DNA from: the human T2T-CHM13v2.0 reference genome, Homo sapiens
Assembly: GCF_009914755.1 (NCBI RefSeq)
Contig: NC_060933.1
Reading direction: 5' to 3' (one strand)
Length of the DNA stretch: 64,000 nt
The notes beneath the pieces were generated by a model. That model had not been told where the DNA came from, did not search any database, and saw only the letters and a list, made by a program, of their open reading frames with translations. The position numbers and the translations under genes were made by a program. Every line of letters starts with the position of its first letter. Position 1 is the first letter of the stretch. Below are positions 29,550 to 43,790 of the stretch, one piece after another.

Positions 29550-32520
29550 GAATCAACTCGATTGCAATGGAATGGAATGGAATGGAATGGAATGGAATGG
29601 AATGGAATGGAATGGAATGGAATGTAATGGAATGGAATGGAATTAACCCGAATAGAATGGAATGGAACGGAAAGGAAGGGAATGGAATGGAATGTAATCA
29701 ACTCGAGTGCAGGGGAAAGCAATGCAATGGAATGAAATGGAATGGAGTCATACGGAATGGAAGGGAATGGAATGGAATCAACCAGAGTGCAATGGAATGG
29801 AGTGGAATGGAATGGAATAGAATGGAAACAACACGAATGGAATAGAATGTATTGGAGTGTAAGGGAATTGAATAGAATCAATCCGAATGTAATTGAATAG
29901 AACGGAAAGGAATGGAATGGAATGGAATGGAATGGAATGGAATGAAATGGAATGGCATAGAATGGAATGGAATCAACCCGAGTTCAATGGAATTGAATGG
30001 AATGGAATGGAATGGAATGGAATGGAAGGGAATCAACTCGATTGCAATGGAATGGAATGGAATGGAATGGAATGGAATGGAATGGAATGGAATGGAATGG
30101 AATGGAATGGAATTAACCCTACTAGAATGGAATGGAATGGAATGGAATGAAATAGAATGGAATGGAAGGGAATGGAATGGAATGGAATGGAATGGAATTA
30201 ACCCGTATAGAATGGAATGGAATGGAATGGAATGGAATGGAATGGAATGGAATGGAATGGAATGGAATCAACTCGATTTCAATGGAATGGAATGGAATGG
30301 AATGGAATGCAATGGAAGGGAATGGAATGGAATGGAATGAAATTAACCCGAATAGAATGGAATGGAATGGAGTGGAATGGAATGGAATGGAATGGAATAG
30401 AAAAGTATCCACCCGAGTGCAGGGGAATGGAATGGAATGGAATGCAATGGAATGGAATGGAATCAACCCGATTGCAATGGAATGGAGTGGAATGGAATGG
30501 AATGGAATGGAAACAACCCGAATGGAATGGAATGTAATGGAGAGTAAGGGAATTGAATAGAATCAATACGAATGTAATGGAATGGAATGGAAAGGAATGG
30601 AATGCAATGGAATGGAATGGAATGCAATGGAATGGGATCAACCCGAGTGAAATGGAATGGAATCGAAAGGAATGGAATGGAATGGAATGGTTTCAACCCG
30701 AATGGAATGGAAAGGAATGGAATCAACCCGAGTGGAATGGAATGGAATGGAATGGAATGGAATCGAATGGAATGGAATGGGTTCAACTCGAATGGAATGG
30801 AAAGGAATGGAATCAACCCGAGTGGAATGGCATGGAATGGAATGGAATGGAATGGAATGGAATGGAATGGAAGGGAATGGAATGGAATGGAATTAACCTG
30901 AACAGAATGGAAGGGAATGGAATGGAACGGAACGGAATGGAATGGAATGGAATGGAATGGAATGGAATGCAATGGAATGGGATCAACCCGAGTACAGGGG
31001 AATGGAATGCAATGGAATGCAATGAAATGGAATCATCCGGAATGGAATGGAATGGAATGGAATGCAATGGAATGGAATCAATCAACCCGAGTGCAATAGA
31101 ATGCAGTGGAATGGAATGGAATGGTATGGAAACTACCCGAATGGAATAGAATGTAATGGAGTGTAAGGGAATTAAAAAGAATCAATCCGAATGTAATGGA
31201 ATTGAATGGAACGGAATGGAATGGAATGGAATGGAATGGAATGGAATGGAATTAACCCGAATAGAATGGAAAGGAATGGAATGGAATGGAATGGAATGGA
31301 ATGGAATGGAATGGAACGGAATAGAATGGAATGGAACGAAATGGAATGGAATGAAATGGAATGGAATGGAATGGAATGGAATGGAATCAACCCGAGTGCA
31401 GGGGAATGGAATGGAATTGAAGGCAATGGAATGGAATCATATGGAATTGAATGGAATGGAATGGAATCAACTCGATTGCAATGGAATGGAATGGAATGGA
31501 ATGGAATGGAATGGAATGGAATGGAATGGAATGGAATGGAATTAACCCGAATAGAATGGAATTGAATGGAATGGAATGGATTGGAAGTAAATGGAATGGA
31601 ATGTAATGAACCCGAGGGCAGGGGAATGGAATGGAATGGAATGCAATGGAATTGAGTCATCCGGAATGGAACAGAAAGGAATGGAATGGAATCAACCCGT
31701 GTGCAATGGAATGGAAAGGAATGGAATGGAATGGAATGGAATGGAATGGATTCAACCCGAATGGAATGGAAAGGAAGGGAATCAACCCAAGTGGAATGGC
31801 ATGGAATGGAATGGAATGGAATGGAATGGAATGGTACCGAATAGAATGGAATGGAACAAAATGGAATAGAATGGAATGGAATGGTATGGAAACAACCCGA
31901 ATGGAATGGAATGAAATGGACTGTAAGGGAATTGAATACAATCAATCCGAATGTAATGGAATGGAATGGAACGGAATGGAATGGAATGGAATGGAATGCA
32001 GTGGAATGGAATCAAACCAAGTGCAATGGAATGGAATGGAATGGCATGGAATGGAATGGAATGGAATGGATTCAACCCAAATGGAATGGAAAGCAATGGA
32101 ATCAACGTGAGTGGAATGGCATGGAATGGAATGGAACGGAATGGAATGGAATGGAATGGAATGGAATGGAATGGTACGGAATAGAATGGAATGGAACGAA
32201 ATGGAATGGAATGGAATGGAATGGAACGGAAAGGAATGGAATCAACTCGATTGCAATGGAATGCAATGGAATGGAATGGAATGCAATTAAAGCGAATAGA
32301 ATGGAATGGAATGGAATGGAACGGAATGGAATGGAATGGAATGGAATGGAATCGAATGGAATCAACCTGAGTGCAGGGGAATGGAATGGAATGGAATGCA
32401 ATGGAATGTAATGGAATGGAATGCAATGGAAAAAACTCGATTGCAATGGAATGGAATGGAATGGAATGGAAGGGAAAGGAATGGAATGGAATTAACCTGA
32501 ACAGAATGGAATGGAATGGA
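29550..32520 (-). repeat. Diverged single relative of the 3.77-kb HOR unit
   Basis: Collinear rare motifs (GGAACGGAAAGGAAGGG, GGAGTCATACGG, AAACAACACG, CCGAGTGAAATGG, CCGAGGGCAGG, GGTACCGAAT) lie ~6.7-7.0 kb upstream of HOR copy 1, with many substitutions. Compare ORF 30553 with 37499. Confidence 0.8.
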
Positions 32521-34272
32521 ATGGAACGGAATGGAATGGAATGGATTCAACCCGAATGGAATGGAAAGGAATGGAATAAACCCGAGTGGAATGGCATGGA
32601 ATGGAATGGAATGGAATGGAATGGTACGGAATAGAATGGAATGGAACGAAATGGAATGGAATGGAATGGAATGGAATGGAATGCAATCAACCTGAGTGCA
32701 ATGGAATGGAATGGAATGGAATGGAACGGAATGGAAACAACCCGAATGGAATGGAATGTAATGGAGTGTAAGGAATTGAATACAATCAATCCGAATGTAA
32801 TGGAATGGAATGGAACGGAATGGAATGGAATGGAATGCAGTGGAATGGAATCAAACCTAGTGCAATGGAATGGAATGGAATGGAATGGAATGCAATTGAA
32901 TGGATTGGATTCAACCCAAATGGAATGGAAAGCAATAGAATCAACCCGAGTGGAATGGCATGGAATGGAATGGAATGGAATGGAATGGAATGGAATGGAA
33001 TGGTACGGAATAGAATGGAATGGATCGAAATGGAATGGAATGGAATGGAATGGAACGGAATGGAATGGAATCAACACGATTGCAATGGAATGTAATGGAA
33101 TGGAATGGAATGGAATGGAATTAACGCGAATAGAATGGAATGGAATGGAATGGAAAGGAATGGGATGGAATGGAATCAATCTGAGTGCAGGGGAATGGAA
33201 TGGAATGGAATGCAATGGAATGGAATCATCCGGAATGGAATGGAATGGAATGGAATGGAATGGAATGGAATGGAATTAACCCGAATAGAATGGAATGGAA
33301 TGGAATGGAATGGAATGGAATGGAATGGAATCAACTCGATTTCAATGGAATGGAATGGAATGGAATGGAATGGAATGGAATAGAATGGAATCCACACGAC
33401 TGCAGGGGAATGGAATGGAATAGAATGCAATGGAATGGAATCATACGGAATGGAATGGAATGGAATGGAATGGAATGGAATGGAATGGAAACAACCCGAA
33501 TGGAATGTAATGTGATGGAGTGTAAGGGAATTGAATAGAATCAATCCGAATGTAATGGAATTGAATGGAACGGAATGGAATGGAATGGAATGTAATGGAA
33601 TGGAATGGAATGCAATGGAATGGGATCAACCCGAGTGCAATGGAATGGATTCGAAAGGAATGGAATGGAATGGAAAGGCTTCACCCCGAATGGAATGGAA
33701 AGGAAAGGAATCAACCCGAGTGGAATGGAATGGAATGGAATGGAATGCAATGGAATGGAACGGAATGGAATCAACCCGATTGCAATGAAATTGAATGGAA
33801 TGGAATGGAATTAACCCGAATAGAATGGAATGGAATGGAATGGAATGGTATGGAATGGAATGGAACGGAATGGAATGGAATGGAATTGAATGGAATCAAC
33901 CCGGGTGCAGGGAAATGCAATTGAATGGAATGCAATGGAATGCCATCATCCGGAATGGAATGGAATGGAATGGAATGGAATGGAATGGTTTCAACCCGAA
34001 TGGAATGGAATGGAATGGAATCAACCCGAGTGGAATGGCATGGAATGGAATGGAATGGAATGGAATGGAATGGAATGGAATGGTATGGAATAGAATGGAA
34101 TGGAACGAAATGGAATGGAAGGGAATGGAATGGAATGGAATGGAATCAACCCGACTGCAATGGAATGGAGTGGAATGGAATGGAATGGAATGGAAACAAC
34201 CCGAATGGAATGGAATGTAATGGAGTGTAAGGGAATTGAATACAATCAATACGAATGTAATGGAATGGAATG

Positions 34273-35410
34273 GAACGGAATGGAATGGAATGGAAGGGAA
34301 TGGAATGCAGTGGAATGGAATCAATCCTAGTGCAATGGAATGGAATGCAATGGAATGGAATGGAATGGAATGGAATGGAATGGAATGGATTCAACCCAAA
34401 TGGAATGGAAAGCAATGGAATCAACCCGAGTGGAATGGCATGGAACGGAATGGAATGGAATGGTATGGAATAGAATGGAATGGAAAGAAATGGAATGGAA
34501 TGGAATGGAATGGAACGGAATGGAATGGAAAGGAATGGAATGGAATGGAATGGAATAGAATGGAATGGAACGAAATGTAATGGAATGGAACAGAATGGAA
34601 TGGAATCAATCAGAGTGGAATAGAAGGGAATGCATTCGAGTAGAATGGAAAGGAATGGAATCAACCAGAGTGGAATGGAAGGGAATGGAATGGAATGGAA
34701 ACTAATAAAATGGAATCAACACGAGTGGAATGGAATGGAAAGGACTTGAATGGAATGGAATGGAATGGAATGGAATCAACTCGATTGCAATGGAATGTAA
34801 TGGAATGCAATTGAATGGAATTAATGCGAATAGAATGGATTGGAATGGAATGGAACGGAATGCAATGGAATGGAATGGAATGGAATCAAACTGAGTGCAG
34901 GGGAATGGAATGGAATGGAATGGAATAGAATGGAATGGAATGGAAGGGAATGGAATGGAATGGAATTAACCTGAACAGAATGGAATGGAATGGAATGGAA
35001 CGGAATGGAATGGAATGGAATGGAATGGAATCCACCCGAGTTCAGGGGAATGGAATGGAATGGAATGCAATGGAATGGAATCAATCAACCCGAGTGCAAT
35101 AGAATGCAGTGGAATGGAATGGAATGGAATGGAAAGTACCCGAATGGAATGGAATGTAATGGAGTGTAAGGGAATTAAAAAGAATCAATACGAATGTAAT
35201 TGAATGGAATGGAACGGAATAGAATGGAATGGAATGGAATGGAATTGAATGAAATGGAAAGGCATGGAATGGAATGGAATCAACCCGAGTGCAATGGAAT
35301 GGAATCGAATGGAATGGAAGGGAATGGAATGGATTGAACCCGAATGGAATGGAAAGGAATGGAATAAACCCGAGTGGAATGGCATGGAATGGAATGGAAT
35401 GGAATGGAAT
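34273..35410 (-). repeat. Dispersed ~1.15-kb direct duplication, copy A (copy B at ~49687-50845)
   Basis: ORFs 34421/49855, 34821/50255 and 34985/50419 are all offset by 15434. Shared variants include TCAATCCTAG, AGGACTTG, TTAATGCG and CGAGTTCAGGGG. Confidence 0.88.
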
Positions 35411-36256
35411 GGTTTGGAATAGAATGGAAAAAAACGAAATGGAATGGAATGGAATGGAATGGAATGAACCCGTGTGCAATGGAATGGAATGGAATGGAAT
35501 GGAATGGAATGGGTTCAACTTGAAAGGAATGGAAAGGAATGGAATCAACCCGAGTGGAATGGCATGGAATGGAATGGAATGGAATGGTATGGAATGGAAT
35601 GGAATGGAATGGAATGGAATGGAATGGAATGGAATGGAATGAAATGGAATGGAATGGAATGGAATGGAATGAACCCAAGTGTAATGTAATGGAATCGAAT
35701 GGAATGGAATGGAATGGAAAGGATTCAACCCAAATGGAATGGAAAGGAATGGAATCAACCCGAGTGGAATGGCATGGAATGGACTGGAATGGAATGGAAT
35801 GGAATGGAATGGTACGGAATAGAATGGAATGGAACGAAATGGAATGGAATGGAATGGAATGGAATGGAATGGAATGGAATGGACCCGTGTGCAATGGAAT
35901 GGAATCGAATGGAATGGAATGGAATGCAAAGGATACAACTCGAATGGAATGGAAAGGAATGAAATCAACCCGAGTGGAATGGCATGGACTGGAATGGAAT
36001 GGAATGGCATGGAATGGAATGGAATTGAATGGTACGGAATAGAATCGAATGGAACGAAATGGAATGGAATGGAATGGAATGGAATGGAATGGAAACAACC
36101 CGAGTGCATGGTAATGGAATGGAATGGAAGGCAATGGAATGGAATCATCCGGAATGGAATGGAATGGAATGGAATGGAATGGAATGGAATGGAATCAACT
36201 CGATTGCAATGGAATGGAATGGAATGGAATGGAATGGAATGGAATTAACCCGTATA

Positions 36257-39200
36257 GAATCGAATGGAATGGAATGGAATGGAATGGAATGGAATGGAAG
36301 GGAATGGAATGTAATGGAATGGAATGGAATTAACCCGAATAGAATGGAATGGAACGGAAAGGAAGGGAATGGAATGGAATGTAATCAACTCCAGTGCAGG
36401 GGAATGCAATGGAATGGAATGAAATGGAATGGAGTCATACGGAATGGAAGGGAATGGAATGGAATAAACCAGAGTGCAATGGAATGGAGTGGAATGGAAT
36501 GGAATAGAATGGAAACAACACGAATGGAATAGAATGTAATGGAGTGTAAGGGAATTGAATATAATCAATCCGAATGTAATGGAATGGTACGGAAAGGAAT
36601 GGAATGGAATGGAATGGAATGGAATGGAATGGAATGAAATGGAATGGCATGGAATGTAATGGAATCAACCCGAGTTCAATGGAATTGAATGGAATGGAAT
36701 GGAATGGAATGGAATGGAATCAACTCGATTGCAATGGAATGGAATGGAATGGGATGGAATGGAATGGAATGGAATGGAATGGAATTAACCCTAATAGAAT
36801 GGAATGGAATGGAATGGAATGGAAAAGAATGGAATGGAAGGGAATGGAATGGAATAGAATGGAATGGAATTAACCCGAGTTCAATGGAATTGAATGGAAT
36901 GGAATGGAATGGAATGGAATGGAATGGAATGGAATCAACTCGATTGCAATGGAATGGAATGGAATGGGATGGAATGGAATGGAATGGAATGGAATGGAAT
37001 GGAATTAACCCTAATAGAATGGAATGGAATGGAATGGAATGGAATAGAATGGAATGGAAGGGAATGGAATGGAATGGAATGGAATGGAATTAACCCGAAT
37101 AGAATGGAATGGAATGGAATGGAATGGAATGGAATGGAATGGAATGGAATGCAATCAACTCGATTTCAATGGAATGGAATGGAATGGAATGGAATGCAAT
37201 GGAAGGGAATGGAATGGAATGGAATGAAATTAACCCGAATATAATGGAATGGAATGGAATGGAATGGAATGGAATGGAATGGAATGGAATGGAATGGAAT
37301 AGAATGGAATCCACCCGAGTGCAAGGGAATGGAATGGAATGGAATGCAATGGAATGGAATCATACGGAATGGAATGGAATGGAATGGAATGCAATGGAAT
37401 GGAATGGAATCACCCGATTGAAATGGAATGGAGTGGAATGGAATGGAATGGAATGGAAACAACCCGAAAGGAATGGAATGTAATGGAGAGTAAGGGAATT
37501 GAATAGAATCAATACGAATGTAATGGAATGGAATGGAACGGAATGGAATGCAATGGAATGGAATGGAATGCAATGGAATGGGATCAACCCGAGTGAAATG
37601 GAATGGAATCGAAAGGAATGGAATGGAATGGAATGGTTTCAACCCGAATGGAATGGAAAGGAGTGGAATCAACCCGAGTGGAATGCAATGGAATGGAATG
37701 GAATGGAATGGGTTCAACTCGAATGGAATGGAAAGGAATGGAATCAACCCGAGTGGAATGGCATGGAATGGAATGGAATGGAATGGAAGGGAATGAAATG
37801 GAATGGAATTAACCTGAAGAGAATGGAAGGGAATGGAATGGAACGGAACGGAATGGAATGGAATGGAATGGAATGGAATGGAATGCAATGGAATGGGATC
37901 AACCCGAGTACAGGGGAATGGAATGCAATGGAATGCAATGGAATGGAATCATCCCGAATGGAATGGAATGGAATGGAATGCAATGGAATGGAATCAATCA
38001 ACCCGAGTGCAATTGAATGCAGTGGAATGGAATGGAATGGTATGGAAACTACCCGAATGGAATAGAATGTAATGGAGTGTAAGGGAATTAAAAAGAATCA
38101 ATCCGAATGTAATGGAATTGAATGGAACGGAATGGAAAGGAATGGAATGGAATGGAATGGAATGGAATGGAATTAACCCGAATAGAATGGAAAGGAATGG
38201 AATGGAATGGAGTGGAATGGAATGGAATGGAATGGAATGGAATCAACCGGAGTGCAGGGGAATGGAATGGAATTGAAGGCAATGGAATGGAATCATCCGG
38301 AATTGAATGGAATGGAATGGAATCAACTCCATTGCAATGGAATGCAATGGAATGCAATGGAATGGAATGGAATGGAATGGAATGGAATGGAATGGAATGG
38401 AATTAACCCGAATAGAATGGAATTGAATGGAATGGAATGGAATGGAATTAAATGGAATGGAATGTAATGAACCCGAGGGCAGGGGAATGGAATGGAATGG
38501 AATGCAATGGAATGGAGTCATCCGGAATGGAACAGAAAGGAATGGAATGGAATCAACCCGTGTGCAATGGAATGGAAAGGAATGGAATGGAATAGAATGG
38601 AATGGAATGGAATGGAATGGATTCAACCCGAATGGAATGGAAAGGAAGGGAATCAACCCAAGTGGAACGGCATGGAATGGAATGGAATGGAATGGAATGG
38701 AATGGTACCGAATAGAATGGAATGGAACGAAATGGAATAGAATGGAATGGAATGGTATGGAAACAACCCGAATGGAATGGAATGAAATGGAGTGTAAGGG
38801 AATTGAATACAATCAATCCGAATGTAATGGAATGGAATGGAACGGAATGGAATGGAATGGAATGAAATGCAGTGGAATGGAATCAAACCTAGTGCAATGG
38901 AATGGAATGGAATGGAATGGAATGGAATGGAATGGAATGGAATGGAATGGATTCAACCCAAATGGAATGGAAAGCAATGGAATCAACCCGAGTGGAATGG
39001 CATGGAATGGAATGGAACGGAATGGAATGGAATGGAATGGAATGGAATGGAATGGAATGGTACGGAATAGAATGGAATGGAACGAAATGGAATGGAATGG
39101 AATGGAATGGAACGGAAAGGAATGGAATGGATTCAACTCCAATGGAATGGAAAGGAATGGAATCAACCCGAGTGGAATAGCATGGATTGGAATGGAAAGG

Positions 39201-40028
39201 AATGGAATGGAATGGTACGGAATAGAGTGGAATGGAACGAAATGGAATGGAATGGAATGGAATGGAATGGAATGGAATGGAATGGAATGGAATCAACCCG
39301 AGTGCAGGGGAATGGAGTGGAATGGAAGGCAATGGAATGGAATCATCCGGAATGGAATGGAATGGAATGGAATGGAATGGAATGGAATGGAATCAACCTG
39401 AGTGCAGGGGAATGGAATGCAATGGAATGCAATGGAATGGAATGGAATGGAATGCAATGGAAACAACTCGATTGCAATGGAATGGAATGGAATGGAATGG
39501 AATGGAATGGAATGGAATTAACCTGAACAGAATGGAATGGAATGGAATGGAATGGAACGGAATGGAATGGAATGGAATGGAATGGAATCAACCCGAGTGC
39601 AGGGGAATGGAATGGAATGGAATGCAATGGAATGGATTGATCCGGAATGGAATGGAATGGAATGGAATGCAATGGAATGGAATCAATCAACCCGAGTGCA
39701 ATGCAATGGAGTGGAATGGAATGGAATGGAACGGAAACTACCCGAATGGAATGGAATGTAATGGAGTGTAAGGGAATTGAAAAGAATCAATCCGAATGTA
39801 ATGGAATGGAATGGAACGGAATGAAATGGAATGGCATGGAATGGAATGGAATCAACCCGAGTTCAATGGAATGGAATTGAACGGAATGGAATGGAAAGGA
39901 ATGGATTCAACCCGAATGGAATGGAAAGGAATGGAATGGAATGGAAAGGAATGGTACGGAATAGAATAGAATGGAACGAAATGGAATGGAATGGAATGGA
40001 ATGGAATGGACCCGTGTGCAATGGAATG
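36257..40028 (-). repeat. ~3.77-kb higher-order repeat, copy 1 (3772 bp)
   Basis: Identical ORF translations at 37499/41266/45028 and 38492/42259/46021. The unit start GAATCGAATGG falls at 36257, 40029, 43791 and 47558. Confidence 0.93.
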
Positions 40029-43000
40029 GAATCGAATGGAATGGAATGGAATGGAATGGAATGGAATGGAAGGGAATGGAATGTAATGGAATGGAATGGA
40101 ATTAACCCGAATAGAATGGAATGGAACGGAAAGGAAGGGAATGGAATGGAATGTAATCAACTCCAGTGCAGGGGAATGCAATGGAATGGAATGAAATGGA
40201 ATGGAGTCATACGGAATGGAAGGGAATGGAATGGAATAAACCAGAGTGCAATGGAATGGAGTGGAATGGAATGGAATAGAATGGAAACAACACGAATGGA
40301 ATAGAATGTAATGGAGTGTAAGGGAATTGAATATAATCAATCCGAATGTAATGGAATGGTACGGAAAGGAATGGAATGGAATGGAATGGAATGGAATGGA
40401 ATGGAATGAAATGGAATGGCATGGAATGTAATGGAATCAACCCGAGTTCAATGGAATTGAATGGAATGGAATGGAATGGAATGGAATGGAATCAACTCGA
40501 TTGCAATGGAATGGAATGGAATGGGATGGAATGGAATGGAATGGAATGGAATGGAATTAACCCTAATAGAATGGAATGGAATGGAATGGAATGGAAAAGA
40601 ATGGAATGGAAGGGAATGGAATGGAATAGAATGGAATGGAATTAACCCGAGTTCAATGGAATTGAATGGAATGGAATGGAATGGAATGGAATGGAATGGA
40701 ATGGAATCAACTCGATTGCAATGGAATGGAATGGAATGGGATGGAATGGAATGGAATGGAATGGAATGGAATGGAATTAACCCTAATAGAATGGAATGGA
40801 ATGGAATGGAATGGAATAGAATGGAATGGAAGGGAATGGAATGGAATGGAATGGAATGGAATTAACCCGAATAGAATGGAATGGAATGGAATGGAATGGA
40901 ATGGAATGGAATGGAATGGAATGCAATCAACTCGATTTCAATGGAATGGAATGGAATGGAATGGAATGCAATGGAAGGGAATGGAATGGAATGGAATGAA
41001 ATTAACCCGAATATAATGGAATGGAATGGAATGGAATGGAATGGAATGGAATGGAATGGAATGGAATAGAATGGAATCCACCCGAGTGCAAGGGAATGGA
41101 ATGGAATGGAATGCAATGGAATGGAATCATACGGAATGGAATGGAATGGAATGGAATGCAATGGAATGGAATGGAATCACCCGATTGAAATGGAATGGAG
41201 TGGAATGGAATGGAATGGAATGGAAACAACCCGAAAGGAATGGAATGTAATGGAGAGTAAGGGAATTGAATAGAATCAATACGAATGTAATGGAATGGAA
41301 TGGAACGGAATGGAATGCAATGGAATGGAATGGAATGCAATGGAATGGGATCAACCCGAGTGAAATGGAATGGAATCGAAAGGAATGGAATGGAATGGAA
41401 TGGTTTCAACCCGAATGGAATGGAAAGGAGTGGAATCAACCCGAGTGGAATGCAATGGAATGGAATGGAATGGAATGGGTTCAACTCGAATGGAATGGAA
41501 AGGAATGGAATCAACCCGAGTGGAATGGCATGGAATGGAATGGAATGGAATGGAAGGGAATGAAATGGAATGGAATTAACCTGAAGAGAATGGAAGGGAA
41601 TGGAATGGAACGGAACGGAATGGAATGGAATGGAATGGAATGGAATGGAATGCAATGGAATGGGATCAACCCGAGTACAGGGGAATGGAATGCAATGGAA
41701 TGCAATGGAATGGAATCATCCCGAATGGAATGGAATGGAATGGAATGCAATGGAATGGAATCAATCAACCCGAGTGCAATTGAATGCAGTGGAATGGAAT
41801 GGAATGGTATGGAAACTACCCGAATGGAATAGAATGTAATGGAGTGTAAGGGAATTAAAAAGAATCAATCCGAATGTAATGGAATTGAATGGAACGGAAT
41901 GGAAAGGAATGGAATGGAATGGAATGGAATGGAATTAACCCGAATAGAATGGAAAGGAATGGAATGGAATGGAGTGGAATGGAATGGAATGGAATGGAAT
42001 GGAATCAACCGGAGTGCAGGGGAATGGAATGGAATTGAAGGCAATGGAATGGAATCATCCGGAATTGAATGGAATGGAATGGAATCAACTCCATTGCAAT
42101 GGAATGCAATGGAATGCAATGGAATGGAATGGAATGGAATGGAATGGAATGGAATGGAATGGAATGGAATTAACCCGAATAGAATGGAATTGAATGGAAT
42201 GGAATGGAATGGAATTAAATGGAATGGAATGTAATGAACCCGAGGGCAGGGGAATGGAATGGAATGGAATGCAATGGAATGGAGTCATCCGGAATGGAAC
42301 AGAAAGGAATGGAATGGAATCAACCCGTGTGCAATGGAATGGAAAGGAATGGAATGGAATAGAATGGAATGGAATGGAATGGAATGGATTCAACCCGAAT
42401 GGAATGGAAAGGAAGGGAATCAACCCAAGTGGAACGGCATGGAATGGAATGGAATGGAATGGAATGGAATGGTACCGAATAGAATGGAATGGAACGAAAT
42501 GGAATAGAATGGAATGGAATGGTATGGAAACAACCCGAATGGAATGGAATGAAATGGAGTGTAAGGGAATTGAATACAATCAATCCGAATGTAATGGAAT
42601 GGAATGGAACGGAATGGAATGGAATGGAATGAAATGCAGTGGAATGGAATCAAACCTAGTGCAATGGAATGGAATGGAATGGAATGGAATGGAATGGAAT
42701 GGAATGGAATGGAATGGATTCAACCCAAATGGAATGGAAAGCAATGGAATCAACCCGAGTGGAATGGCATGGAATGGAATGGAACGGAATGGAATGGAAT
42801 GGAATGGAATGGAATGGAATGGAATGGTACGGAATAGAATGGAATGGAACGAAATGGAATGGAATGGAATGGAATGGAACGGAAAGGAATGGAATGGATT
42901 CAACTCCAATGGAATGGAAAGGAATGGAATCAACCCGAGTGGAATAGCATGGATTGGAATGGAAAGGAATGGAATGGAATGGTACGGAATAGAGTGGAAT

Positions 43001-43790
43001 GGAACGAAATGGAATGGAATGGAATGGAATGGAATGGAATGGAATGGAATGGAATCAACCCGAGTGCAGGGGAATGGAGTGGAATGGAAGGCAATGGAAT
43101 GGAATCATCCGGAATGGAATGGAATGGAATGGAATGGAATGGAATGGAATGGAATCAACCTGAGTGCAGGGGAATGGAATGCAATGGAATGCAATGGAAT
43201 GGAATGGAATGGAATGCAATGGAAACAACTCGATTGCAATGGAATGGAATGGAATGGAATGGAATGGAATGGAATGGAATTAACCTGAACAGAATGGAAT
43301 GGAATGGAATGGAATGGAACGGAATGGAATGGAATGGAATGGAATGGAATCAACCCGAGTGCAGGGGAATGGAATGGAATGGAATGCAATGGAATGGATT
43401 GATCCGGAATGGAATGGAATGGAATGGAATGCAATGGAATGGAATCAATCAACCCGAGTGCAATGCAATGGAGTGGAATGGAATGGAATGGAACGGAAAC
43501 TACCCGAATGGAATGGAATGTAATGGAGTGTAAGGGAATTGAAAAGAATCAATCCGAATGTAATGGAATGGAATGGAACGGAATGAAATGGAATGGCATG
43601 GAATGGAATGGAATCAACCCGAGTTCAATGGAATGGAATTGAACGGAATGGAATGGAAAGGAATGGATTCAACCCGAATGGAATGGAAAGGAATGGAATG
43701 GAATGGAAAGGAATGGTACGGAATAGAATAGAATGGAACGAAATGGAATGGAATGGAATGGAATGGAATGGACCCGTGTGCAATGGAATG
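40029..43790 (-). repeat. ~3.77-kb higher-order repeat, copy 2 (3762 bp)
   Basis: Same rare variants as copy 1 (ATCAACTCCAGTGC, GAATATAATC, CCTGAAGAG, CCGAGGGCAGG, GAATAGCATGGATTGG, GGATTGATCCGG). Confidence 0.93.

Noticed and set aside
1-39370. Perfect giant palindrome centred on the junction
   Set aside because: Inverted homologies have different centres, shuffled order and substitutions. Only 17 bp is perfectly self-complementary at the junction.
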